A stretch of 64,000 nt of DNA from a virus. Lineage: Duplodnaviria > Heunggongvirae > Uroviricota > Caudoviricetes. Positions 45,089-52,880 of the stretch are shown one piece after another. The position numbers and the translations under genes are program-made. The stretch is from the IMG/VR virus record IMGVR_UViG_3300032038_000047, positions 22,993 to 86,992 of that record. One strand, 5' to 3'. A model generated the notes under the pieces. The model saw only the letters and a list, made by a program, of their open reading frames with translations. It made no database searches and was not told where the DNA came from. Position 1 is the first letter of the stretch. Each line of letters starts with the position of its first letter.

Positions 45089-45325
45089 TTGATGCTGATT
45101 AGAATCGCATTGGCCTTGATTGGCATCATCTTATATTTGGCTATCGGAATCATTGTGTCGGTAGTTGCTGTGCTTTGGAAAGGATTTGATAGCGACGATG
45201 CCGCTCCGTGGATTATATTTTGGCCAAGCGTGATTATCCTGCTCATTATTTGGGCTGGCGTTTGGATACACGACAAGCTGGTGAACCTCCTGGACTGGAT
45301 CCTTAAGAAAGTGAGGAAATCGTAA
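45089..45325 (+). CDS. Small integral membrane protein
   Basis: 78 aa with two or three hydrophobic helices. Confidence 0.4.
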   Translation: MMLIRIALALIGIILYLAIGIIVSVVAVLWKGFDSDDAAPWIIFWPSVIILLIIWAGVWIHDKLVNLLDWILKKVRKS

Positions 45326-45651
45326 TGGGTGAAACGCAATCCAATGAGTCGCAGATCTTCTACAGAACAGCTGCCGGAGATCTGATTCCGGTAGACGAGA
45401 TCCCTGATGTTACTCTGGGGATAGATCTGGCAAATGATGCGGATTTCATGAACTTAAGTTTTGACCCGGTCACCATAGACATGGCCATGATATTCCCATG
45501 CCATAGCCGCAAGCGATTTGTCAAGCTTCTGATGGGCCGTGGATATTCCAGAAACCAGGCGAACGCTGTGGCTCGGCAGATTGTCTCAGAGGGAAAAAGT
45601 TATCGGGATGAACTATGGTGGAGGCTGCTGATTGGGCCTGCGGTCGGTTGA
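45325..45651 (+). CDS. Hypothetical protein
   Basis: 108 aa ORF. Confidence 0.4.
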   Translation: MGETQSNESQIFYRTAAGDLIPVDEIPDVTLGIDLANDADFMNLSFDPVTIDMAMIFPCHSRKRFVKLLMGRGYSRNQANAVARQIVSEGKSYRDELWWRLLIGPAVG

Positions 45652-45725
45652 TATTCTGAGATAGGTATGGTATGATGCCATTGTCAGTAAAATCTGCAAC
45701 CTCTATAATGGAAAGGAGGACCATT

Positions 45726-45923
45726 ATGTTGGAACAAAGTTCTAGTTTCAATCAAGGAGGTGAAGAAATGGGCATGACTGATATACAGTATAAGGGTATG
45801 CTTATGGACCAATTGCGAGTCTTTAAGGATATTCTGAAACTGGCAGTAGAGCATGGCGACAAAGAGATCCAAGAAAAGGTTGAGGAACAAATTGCCGATA
45901 TACGTGTAAAACTCGAATTCTAA
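45726..45923 (+). CDS. Small protein; its N-terminus and leader are duplicated at 46035
   Basis: It shares an identical roughly 80-bp promoter/leader/first 10 codons (MLEQSSSFN) with the gene at 46035. A terminator follows. Confidence 0.45.
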   Translation: MLEQSSSFNQGGEEMGMTDIQYKGMLMDQLRVFKDILKLAVEHGDKEIQEKVEEQIADIRVKLEF

Positions 45924-46034
45924 GTAACGAAAGGGCTGAGCTGTTATGGCTTAGCTCTTTCTTTTTCTTTGAAGCTATGTTATAATGGGCCATCAGTAAA
46001 ATCTGCAACCTCTATAATGGAAAGGAGGACCATT

Positions 46035-46229
46035 ATGTTGGAACAAAGTTCTAGTTTCAATGACGAGGAGGTGGACGAAGAGATGATGAATGTACAAGAA
46101 GTCGCACGTACTATCGAGTGGTTCAGAGCTAAAGGCCTGAGCGAGAAAGACGTTAACGACTATCTGACATACGTCGCTACCGGAGTCGGGCTCCCGGCAA
46201 ACAACGAACCCGACAACAAAGAATCCTGA
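46035..46229 (+). CDS. Small acidic protein; N-terminus paralogous to 45726
   Basis: The identical leader and 'MLEQSSSFN' start then diverge. A terminator lies at 46235-46275. Confidence 0.45.
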   Translation: MLEQSSSFNDEEVDEEMMNVQEVARTIEWFRAKGLSEKDVNDYLTYVATGVGLPANNEPDNKES

Positions 46230-46339
46230 CCAAAGCAAAAAGGGCTCTGACCGTAATGGCCAGGGCTCTTTCTTTTTGTCCGCAAGAATTACAACCTCCA
46301 TAATGGTAGGAATACTATTATATTTAGGAGGTAATAACA

Positions 46340-46516
46340 ATGATGGTTACTGTGTTGAGTGTAGTTATTTTTATGATCGGGATAATGATCGGAGTAGTTG
46401 GAACTTTGGCCTATGGCAATAAACTTGTAGAGGACATAAACCAATACTATCCGGATGTGTATTCTGATCTGATAGACGTTTTCGATGACAAAGGCCGAGT
46501 GATTACAAGTAAATAG
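46340..46516 (+). CDS. 58-aa membrane peptide
   Basis: It follows the promoter motif at 46279 and a TTAGGAGG RBS. 'VLSVVIFMIGIMIGVVGTLAYG' is hydrophobic. Confidence 0.4.
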   Translation: MMVTVLSVVIFMIGIMIGVVGTLAYGNKLVEDINQYYPDVYSDLIDVFDDKGRVITSK

Positions 46517-46592
46517 ACCCCTATCAAGAAGGCTGAGCTGTTATGGCTTGGCCTTTTCTTTTTATCTTGACTGATATTTTGAAAGGAGACGA

Positions 46593-47396
46593 ATGATGAA
46601 CACCCGTTTGATTCTGACTGTGGTTGGCGCGGTCGGCGTGGTTGCTACCGGCATTCTGGCATCCAGAGCCGGCAGGAAAGCGCAAAAGAAGCTGAGCGAA
46701 GAACCCGTTGTGGTGGATATTCCCGCTGAGGAGATCCAGGAATTCTTCGATGAAAACACCGAGGCCGTGGAACCGGTCCGTACAAAGAAGGAAGTCGTCA
46801 AGCTTGTGTGGAAGTATTATATTCCCCCGGTGCTGGCTGGTTTGGTGACGATCGGCGCAATGATAGGAGCCCATCATCTCGGAGCTAAAGAGATTGCGGC
46901 CCTTACGGCATCCTGCGCCTACCTCACCGCCAACCGGGACAAGCTGGAGGAGAAGATCCGTGAGCGATACGGCGAAGAGGCCCTGGAGGATATTCGTGCA
47001 GAGGTTATGGAAGAGCTGTCCTGCACTGCAAATGGAAAAATCTCGGTGGAGACAACCGGCAAGGGGAACCTTTTGTGCTTCGAGGCATATTCCGGGAGAT
47101 GGTTCCGGTCGTCAAAAGAAGCCGTTGACGAAGCCATAAAGAAGTTCAACGAGATGTTCGACTGCGGCAAAGGCAGCTACATGTCGATGAATGACCTGTA
47201 CGATCTATTTGGCATTTCTGAGACGCATTTTGGACATGAAATGGGCTGGCCGGCAGATCCTGAATACTACGACCATGATATTGTCTTCGATACGACTCTG
47301 GTTGAGAATGACAAAGAATGCGGGGAAGACCTCTATGTGATTGAGATCAACCCGTTCAGCTACAGCTACCCGATTGACTATTGGATGGAGGTGTAA
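46593..47396 (+). CDS. Membrane-anchored protein, paralog 3 of the 27262/28184 family
   Basis: N-terminal TM plus C-terminal 'LLCFEAYSGRWFRSSKEAVDEAI'. Confidence 0.5.
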   Translation: MMNTRLILTVVGAVGVVATGILASRAGRKAQKKLSEEPVVVDIPAEEIQEFFDENTEAVEPVRTKKEVVKLVWKYYIPPVLAGLVTIGAMIGAHHLGAKEIAALTASCAYLTANRDKLEEKIRERYGEEALEDIRAEVMEELSCTANGKISVETTGKGNLLCFEAYSGRWFRSSKEAVDEAIKKFNEMFDCGKGSYMSMNDLYDLFGISETHFGHEMGWPADPEYYDHDIVFDTTLVENDKECGEDLYVIEINPFSYSYPIDYWMEV

Positions 47397-47402
47397 TCAC
47401 GA

Positions 47403-47624
47403 TTGTTGAAGTTCCTGATTGGATTATATTTATTCAGTGCGATTGCTATGGCCATTCTCATCGCGGCCATGCTGCTCAGTGAGGGCTCGAAATTCACCGT
47501 TGGGCCCGGAATGCTGGTCGTTGTGCTGGCAGTTACTTATATTCCCGTCGTCAATACCCTGACCCTCTGCTGGATCATGAAGGAGACCGTGCGGCGGATG
47601 GGTAAAAGGCGGCTTGACAGATGA
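47403..47624 (+). CDS. Small integral membrane protein
   Basis: Probable TTG start. It has two hydrophobic helices. Confidence 0.3.
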   Translation: MLKFLIGLYLFSAIAMAILIAAMLLSEGSKFTVGPGMLVVVLAVTYIPVVNTLTLCWIMKETVRRMGKRRLDR

Positions 47625-48124
47625 CGGTCGATGATATTTTCATGGACGTCTTTGAGGAGGATGGAGAGAACTACCGGGACTTCTACATAAAGCACAAGCT
47701 GAGTACCGGGCAGACTATGATGATGTCGTTTCAGGAGACCTATCACGAGAACCATACGATTCACTGGAACATCTTCCTCGAATTATATTCCAAGCGAAAG
47801 CATGCCGATCACAACATAGACGCCAAACTCGTGACCGGAAAAAGCCCGCTGGAGAGTTTTGCGGTAGCTCGGAGAATGTTTCTTCTGCTGCAGGAGTACA
47901 TCGTTTATGACATAGACCCTGACTGCGACAAAATTATATTCTGCCAGTGGGTGGACAACCGTCGGCGTGAGGCTTACTTCAAAGTCCTCAGCCGCTATGG
48001 GTATGAGTATGGCGCTCTCTTTGGCGAAAAAGTGATATTTCGGCGATTTGGCAAAGATGAAAGGATTGATGCGGATGGAAAAACACAGCGAGACGGTACA
48101 GCAATTCCTGGCTTTTCTGCGTGA
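47621..48124 (+). CDS. Hypothetical protein
   Basis: 167 aa ORF. Confidence 0.4.
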   Translation: MTVDDIFMDVFEEDGENYRDFYIKHKLSTGQTMMMSFQETYHENHTIHWNIFLELYSKRKHADHNIDAKLVTGKSPLESFAVARRMFLLLQEYIVYDIDPDCDKIIFCQWVDNRRREAYFKVLSRYGYEYGALFGEKVIFRRFGKDERIDADGKTQRDGTAIPGFSA

Positions 48125-48485
48125 ATGCGGAACAGAGTACAACATAGCTGCGTCGAGAGAGGAAGAACTCAACGCCATGACACAGGATATTCTCCACAGT
48201 CTGGAGCTGGACGGTAACAACTATCACGCTTCGGCAAAGCTGGCTCAGACTCTGACAGAGGTCCGGCAGCAGCGACGGGACGCCAAAGACACCATGACAA
48301 TCACTGACCCAATTATATCCTGGGTGGCTGAAAACAAGACAGTACTTAAGTCTCTGGAGCGTCTCCTGGGTGATATTCGCAAGGCCGAGCATTCCACGGA
48401 GGGCCGCTGCTACATACCCCGGACTAATGTAGTGGAGTTGGCACTGCAGGGAGATTCTACCAAAAGTAGAGCCAAAACCTCATAG
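48048..48485 (+). CDS. Hypothetical protein
   Basis: 145 aa ORF that overlaps the previous ORF. Confidence 0.35.
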   Translation: MAKMKGLMRMEKHSETVQQFLAFLRECGTEYNIAASREEELNAMTQDILHSLELDGNNYHASAKLAQTLTEVRQQRRDAKDTMTITDPIISWVAENKTVLKSLERLLGDIRKAEHSTEGRCYIPRTNVVELALQGDSTKSRAKTS

Positions 48486-48600
48486 GCTAACTCAGAGTTA
48501 GAATATGGCGATTATATTCTACTTTCGGTAGAGCGCAAAAATTACAACTGCTATAATGAGAGAGCATTTGTGCTTTTAATTTTGAAAGGAGTGTTTTGGA

Positions 48601-48954
48601 ATGGCTGATGAGAAGAAGAAGCTCAAAGTCGATCCGCAAGCTATCGTCAAAGGAGGCGTCCAGATGGTCGCGGGCCTTGGCGTCAGCACAGTGGCGTATT
48701 ATGCTGTCAAAGCTGTGACCCCGCCTGTGCTCCACCCTGTTGAGAAGGTGGTGTTCAAGTTGGGGGCCGGTATATTTGAGAGCCTGACGTACACGCTGAC
48801 GGCAAAGGCTGTCGGAGACCGGATGGATGAGATCTCCAAAGAAACCGACGAGATGCTGGATGCGATGGAGGAGCGTCAAGCTGAACGAAAGGAGAAAAAG
48901 AAGAAACTATCCCGTAGAGAAAAGAGAAAGCAGAAAGAAGCTGTTCTCGCATAA
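48601..48954 (+). CDS. Small membrane protein with a basic C-terminal tail
   Basis: It follows the promoter motif at 48533. There is a hydrophobic segment (VQMVAGLGVSTVAYYAV) and a KKKK tail. Confidence 0.45.
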   Translation: MADEKKKLKVDPQAIVKGGVQMVAGLGVSTVAYYAVKAVTPPVLHPVEKVVFKLGAGIFESLTYTLTAKAVGDRMDEISKETDEMLDAMEERQAERKEKKKKLSRREKRKQKEAVLA

Positions 48955-48994
48955 AGACAAGAGGGAGGTCTGAACAAGGCCTCTCTTTTTTCTT

Positions 48995-49205
48995 TTATAT
49001 GGGTATCGGCTTAGTTCAGCTAATGAAGGTTCCCCGACTTGTCATTGCGAGCCAGTGCGCACACTGGCGTGGCAATCCGTATCCTAAAGCGTTTCGTCAA
49101 CGGAAAAGAACGTATTGTCGCACCCGTGACGTCGGTTACTAGTGCGCAATGACACATAAGGGCAGATTATTGCATTTTAACCGACAAGGCTGATTAAAGC
49201 CGATA
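48995..49205 (+). ncRNA. Candidate structured RNA or leader with nested long-range inverted repeats
   Basis: GTATCGGCTT (48997) pairs with AAGCCGATAC (49197). GTCATTGCG (49043) pairs with CGCAATGAC (49147). There is an internal hairpin CCAGTG-CGCA-CACTGG. No ORF is present. It lies upstream of the gene at 49256. Confidence 0.3.
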
Positions 49206-49255
49206 CGCATTTTCTTTTATATTCTCAGCAAAACCCAAGCGAAAGGAGTTACACG

Positions 49256-49882
49256 ATGGCAAACGAACTGATCCCCTCCAACTCGAACAAGTACCACGAG
49301 GGGCAAAACAAGAAGAAGGAGAAGAAAGTCCGACAGGTGACATCCGGTTCAGTAAAGACCCGTCCAAGATCACCTGGAAGGAAGTTCTTCAATGCCTTCT
49401 TCAACAGCGACGCCAGGACCCTGAAGGAGTATCTGGTGGAGGACCAACTGATCCCAAGTATGAAGGAGATCGCCCTCCGCACCTTCGAGATGTGGTTATT
49501 TGGCGACTCGGCCAGGTCTTCCAGTAACGGAGGCAGGTCAAGAGGCTGGACGGAGAAAACCCAGTACAACAAAGCAGGTCGGGCCGCACGCAACAGCAGC
49601 TCCAGAAACTCCGAGAAAAGCAGGGCGCTGGCGAAGTTCAACCCGGAGATCGATGATATTTTTATGGAGACCCGTGGAGATGCCGAGCGGACTCTGGAGT
49701 ATCTGCAGTACCTCATCAGCGAATATGACGAGGTCACCGTGTCGGATTTGTATGAGTCTGTTGGCAAAACTGCGGACTGGTCTCTGAGCAATGTCGGTTG
49801 GCGTGACCTTGGGGATGCGTATGTGCAGCACACCCGGTACGGCTGGCGGCTGGAGCTTCCCTCTGTGGAGCAGCTGGACTGA
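49256..49882 (+). CDS. Hypothetical basic protein
   Basis: 208 aa with AAAGGAG RBS. Confidence 0.45.
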   Translation: MANELIPSNSNKYHEGQNKKKEKKVRQVTSGSVKTRPRSPGRKFFNAFFNSDARTLKEYLVEDQLIPSMKEIALRTFEMWLFGDSARSSSNGGRSRGWTEKTQYNKAGRAARNSSSRNSEKSRALAKFNPEIDDIFMETRGDAERTLEYLQYLISEYDEVTVSDLYESVGKTADWSLSNVGWRDLGDAYVQHTRYGWRLELPSVEQLD

Positions 49883-49899
49883 GAAAGGAGAATTATATT

Positions 49900-50208
49900 T
49901 TGCTGTTTGATAGTAAGACCGCTGCGGATGGTGAGTACATACCGACCACTACTGCGGCTCCTGACATTTCCCGGGAGGTTGAGTCTCGCAAAACTGACCT
50001 CTACGAGTGCGAGGATATTTACGTCTCCCATCCGCCCCATTACCAGAGCGAGAGCGGGCTGGAGGTTATTGACGTGATCGAGGCGTTCACCGAAGGTCTT
50101 GAGGGCATCGAGGCTGCGGACACCGCCAACATTATTAAGTACGCCTGCCGCTGGAAGAAGAAAAACGGCGCGCAGGATATTCAGAAGATCATCTGGTATG
50201 CAACACAT
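49900..50208 (+). CDS. DUF3310-family phage protein
   Basis: 'HPPHYQSESGLEVIDVIEAF...ANIIKYACRWKKK' matches the DUF3310 pattern (HPxHY...IE.IDVIEA...NAIKY..R). The start is probably TTG. Confidence 0.5.
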
Positions 50209-50242
50209 CTGTATAACAAATTACAAGAAAAGGAGAGCAACA

Positions 50243-51277
50243 ATGAACGTTAACTTCATCAAGAATTTTGCACTGGCTGGACGGAAAGTCGCCGGTGTGG
50301 TGGGCAGAAACCTGAAAGAGGCAAGCCCTGAAATTTTGCTCGTGGTCGGCGTGGCTGGTGTTGTGGTCAGCACGGTCATGGCCTGTCGGGCTACCAAGCA
50401 TATGGATGATATTCTCGACGAGCACAATGCGGAGCGTGAGGCTCTTGAGAATGACGAAATTGAAACTTCTGAGGATGAAAACCAGCTGGAAATCGAGGAA
50501 AACACTGATATTTCCAAACATTCTGGCGTTGATTCTAAGGCCCCTGCCGTTGCGTATAAGCGCGCTTTGTGGAGGACGTATTGTAAGACCGGATGGCGCT
50601 TTGTGAAGCTCTACGGGCCTTCTGTGGCCCTTGGAGCGGCTTCTCTGGCCTGTATATTCGCTTCGCACGGAATTCTTCGGAAACGTAACGCCGGACTCCT
50701 TGCGGCATACACCATGATGGAGCGCGGCTTCAGTGAGTATCGCAGCCGTGTCCGGGATATTCTCGGAGAGGAAGAAGAGGAGAAACTCCGGCTGGGAATG
50801 TCTGAAGAAGAATTTGAGGAGACAACTGTTGAAGAGGATGGGTCCGAGACAACGGTTCTGAAGAAAGGCCCAATCTTTGACCTGTCGAACTGCAGCCAGT
50901 ACGCAAGATATTATGATGCCTATAGTGTGTATGGCTGGGAGGGCGACGCGTATCAGGAGATGGTTCTCGACGGTGTGGAACGGTATGCCAACGACCGGCT
51001 GATTGCTCAGGACGTAGTGTTCCTGAATGAGGTCTATAAGGACCTGGATCTGCCTCTGTCCAGCGATGGTCAGCTTGCCGGCTGGTGCACGGGCGGTAAT
51101 GGTGACGGGCAGGTCATTATTAAGCGTATCAAGGGATATCGTAAGGTTAATCTTGATGGTATGGAGAGAATCATCCCGACAACGATTCTTGACTTTAATG
51201 TGGACGGCGACGTGCATCGGGTCCTGGATCTGCAGGATCAGCTTGGCGCCGCGGTCAGAAAGAGACTGGTGAAGTAA
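50243..51277 (+). CDS. Membrane-anchored protein, distant paralog 4 (N-terminal TM plus acidic linker)
   Basis: GAAAAGGAGAGCAACA-ATG. 'ILLVVGVAGVVVSTVMA' is a TM helix. The architecture resembles the 27262, 28184 and 46593 products. Confidence 0.45.
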   Translation: MNVNFIKNFALAGRKVAGVVGRNLKEASPEILLVVGVAGVVVSTVMACRATKHMDDILDEHNAEREALENDEIETSEDENQLEIEENTDISKHSGVDSKAPAVAYKRALWRTYCKTGWRFVKLYGPSVALGAASLACIFASHGILRKRNAGLLAAYTMMERGFSEYRSRVRDILGEEEEEKLRLGMSEEEFEETTVEEDGSETTVLKKGPIFDLSNCSQYARYYDAYSVYGWEGDAYQEMVLDGVERYANDRLIAQDVVFLNEVYKDLDLPLSSDGQLAGWCTGGNGDGQVIIKRIKGYRKVNLDGMERIIPTTILDFNVDGDVHRVLDLQDQLGAAVRKRLVK

Positions 51278-51279
51278 CA

Positions 51280-51915
51280 ATGCTGCAGAAAGCAATTATA
51301 TTTGGAGCTGGCCTGGTGGTCGGTGCCGGCGCTGCGATTCTTGCCCTCCGTGACTACTATGCGGAGAAGGAAGAGTACAACGTGGCGTCGGTAAAGGCTG
51401 CCTTGCAGGGCGACCGTTCCCTGATATTTGGGGAAGAACAGAAAGAAGAGCCGAGCGAGCCGGAAGTACCCGAGGTCCATGTGAATGCGGAGACGCTGGC
51501 GAATAAGACCTCCTACAACAGCCTCGGAGGGAAGCTGGCCAGAGACAGAGACCGGACACAGATGGGGCAGATCGCCGAGCATGAGAATTATATTCAGAAG
51601 CCCGATGAGGATGACGACCCGATTGAGGTGTACACGATCTCACCGGAGGCCTACGGTGCTCTGGGAGGCGGTTTCGAGAAGATCGAGGTTGAGTACTATG
51701 AGGGAAACGATACCCTTCTGGATGTAGGTGCGGAACGGGTCATTGATATTTCCAGTACCATCGGTCGGGAGGCTCTCGAACGGTTCGGCGAGTACGGAGA
51801 AAAAGATATTGTGTACGTTCGGAATGAGAAGCTGTGGACCGACTACTGTGTGAGTAGAAACCCAGGAAGTCTTACTGATATTTCAAAGTTCGCCCCTTCT
51901 CACGAGGAAACCTGA
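51280..51915 (+). CDS. Hypothetical protein with an N-terminal TM segment
   Basis: 211 aa. 'IIFGAGLVVGAGAAILAL'. Confidence 0.45.
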   Translation: MLQKAIIFGAGLVVGAGAAILALRDYYAEKEEYNVASVKAALQGDRSLIFGEEQKEEPSEPEVPEVHVNAETLANKTSYNSLGGKLARDRDRTQMGQIAEHENYIQKPDEDDDPIEVYTISPEAYGALGGGFEKIEVEYYEGNDTLLDVGAERVIDISSTIGREALERFGEYGEKDIVYVRNEKLWTDYCVSRNPGSLTDISKFAPSHEET

Positions 51916-51933
51916 AACGAGGGAGGTGATCCG

Positions 51934-52500
51934 ATGACCAGAGATGAGGTGGTTAAAGGATATTTTGATTGGCTGTTGGAAGCGGTAACCTGCGATCTGT
52001 ATGCGCCCGGAGACTACTGGTATCTGCTTGATATTCTGTTCGATACCGAGTTCTATTGGACGTTGGACAGAGACAGTAACCGAGCGGACGACGGCATGCA
52101 TCTGAGACTATTATATTCTCAGGAGCATCCGGTGGAGGGACATAAACTGCTGCGGTCCATGCCGGAGTTCTGCACGGTTCTTGAGATGCTGATTGCTCTG
52201 GCAAAGCGGTGTGAGAACGAGGTCATGTATGATCCGGATCAGGGAGATCGAACAGCTCTGTGGTTCTGGATTATGCTGGAGAACCTCGGTCTGACCAGTT
52301 ACAACGACCGGGCATTTCGGAGGAATCATCGGCGTGTGGATCAGTATGTAGATGATATTCTGACGACCTTCATGTATCGGGAGTTTGAGCCCGACGGAAC
52401 CGGCTCTATTTTCCGTGTGAAGAATGTTCAGGCGGACATGCGGGACACCGAATTGTGGTATCAGATGCAGTACTACGTGAATGAGAATTTTGATATTTAA
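51934..52500 (+). CDS. Hypothetical protein
   Basis: 188 aa with AGGGAGGTGATCCG RBS. Confidence 0.45.
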   Translation: MTRDEVVKGYFDWLLEAVTCDLYAPGDYWYLLDILFDTEFYWTLDRDSNRADDGMHLRLLYSQEHPVEGHKLLRSMPEFCTVLEMLIALAKRCENEVMYDPDQGDRTALWFWIMLENLGLTSYNDRAFRRNHRRVDQYVDDILTTFMYREFEPDGTGSIFRVKNVQADMRDTELWYQMQYYVNENFDI

Positions 52501-52850
52501 TGTGGCAAAATCGGGTGAAAAAACCGAAAATTTGCCCGGAACAGATGCCCAAAAATCCGTGCCGGTTTTGCCGAAAAAAGTGGCACAAAACCGGTTTGAA
52601 AGTGGCACGAAATTGCTAAAAGTTACAAATTGTAACCAAATCTTCACAAAACTCTGCCACTTTGCCACTTTTGTGCCGGTTTTGAAATCAAAAGTGGCAC
52701 GGCAAAAACCCTGTATTTGCAACGGTTTGCGGGCATCTGTGCCACTTTGCCACTTTTTTTTATTATCTAATTGTGAATAAAAAATTTAAATATATATAGA
52801 TAGGTCGGAAAAAGTGGAAAAGTGGCAGAAACGCAATTTTATACAGATTT
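52500..52850. repeat. Candidate replication origin: iteron cluster of AAAGTGGCA / TGCCACTTT plus an AT-rich region
   Basis: At least 10 copies of (A)AAGTGGCA(C/G/A) in both orientations. CCGGTTTTG and AAACCGGTTT repeats. The AT-rich stretch TTTTTTTTATTATCTAATTGTGAATAAAAAATTTAAATATATATAGATAGG. It lies immediately upstream of the replication gene. Confidence 0.5.
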
Positions 52851-52880
52851 TTAGTGACTACGGAAAGGAGGCCGTCATGT

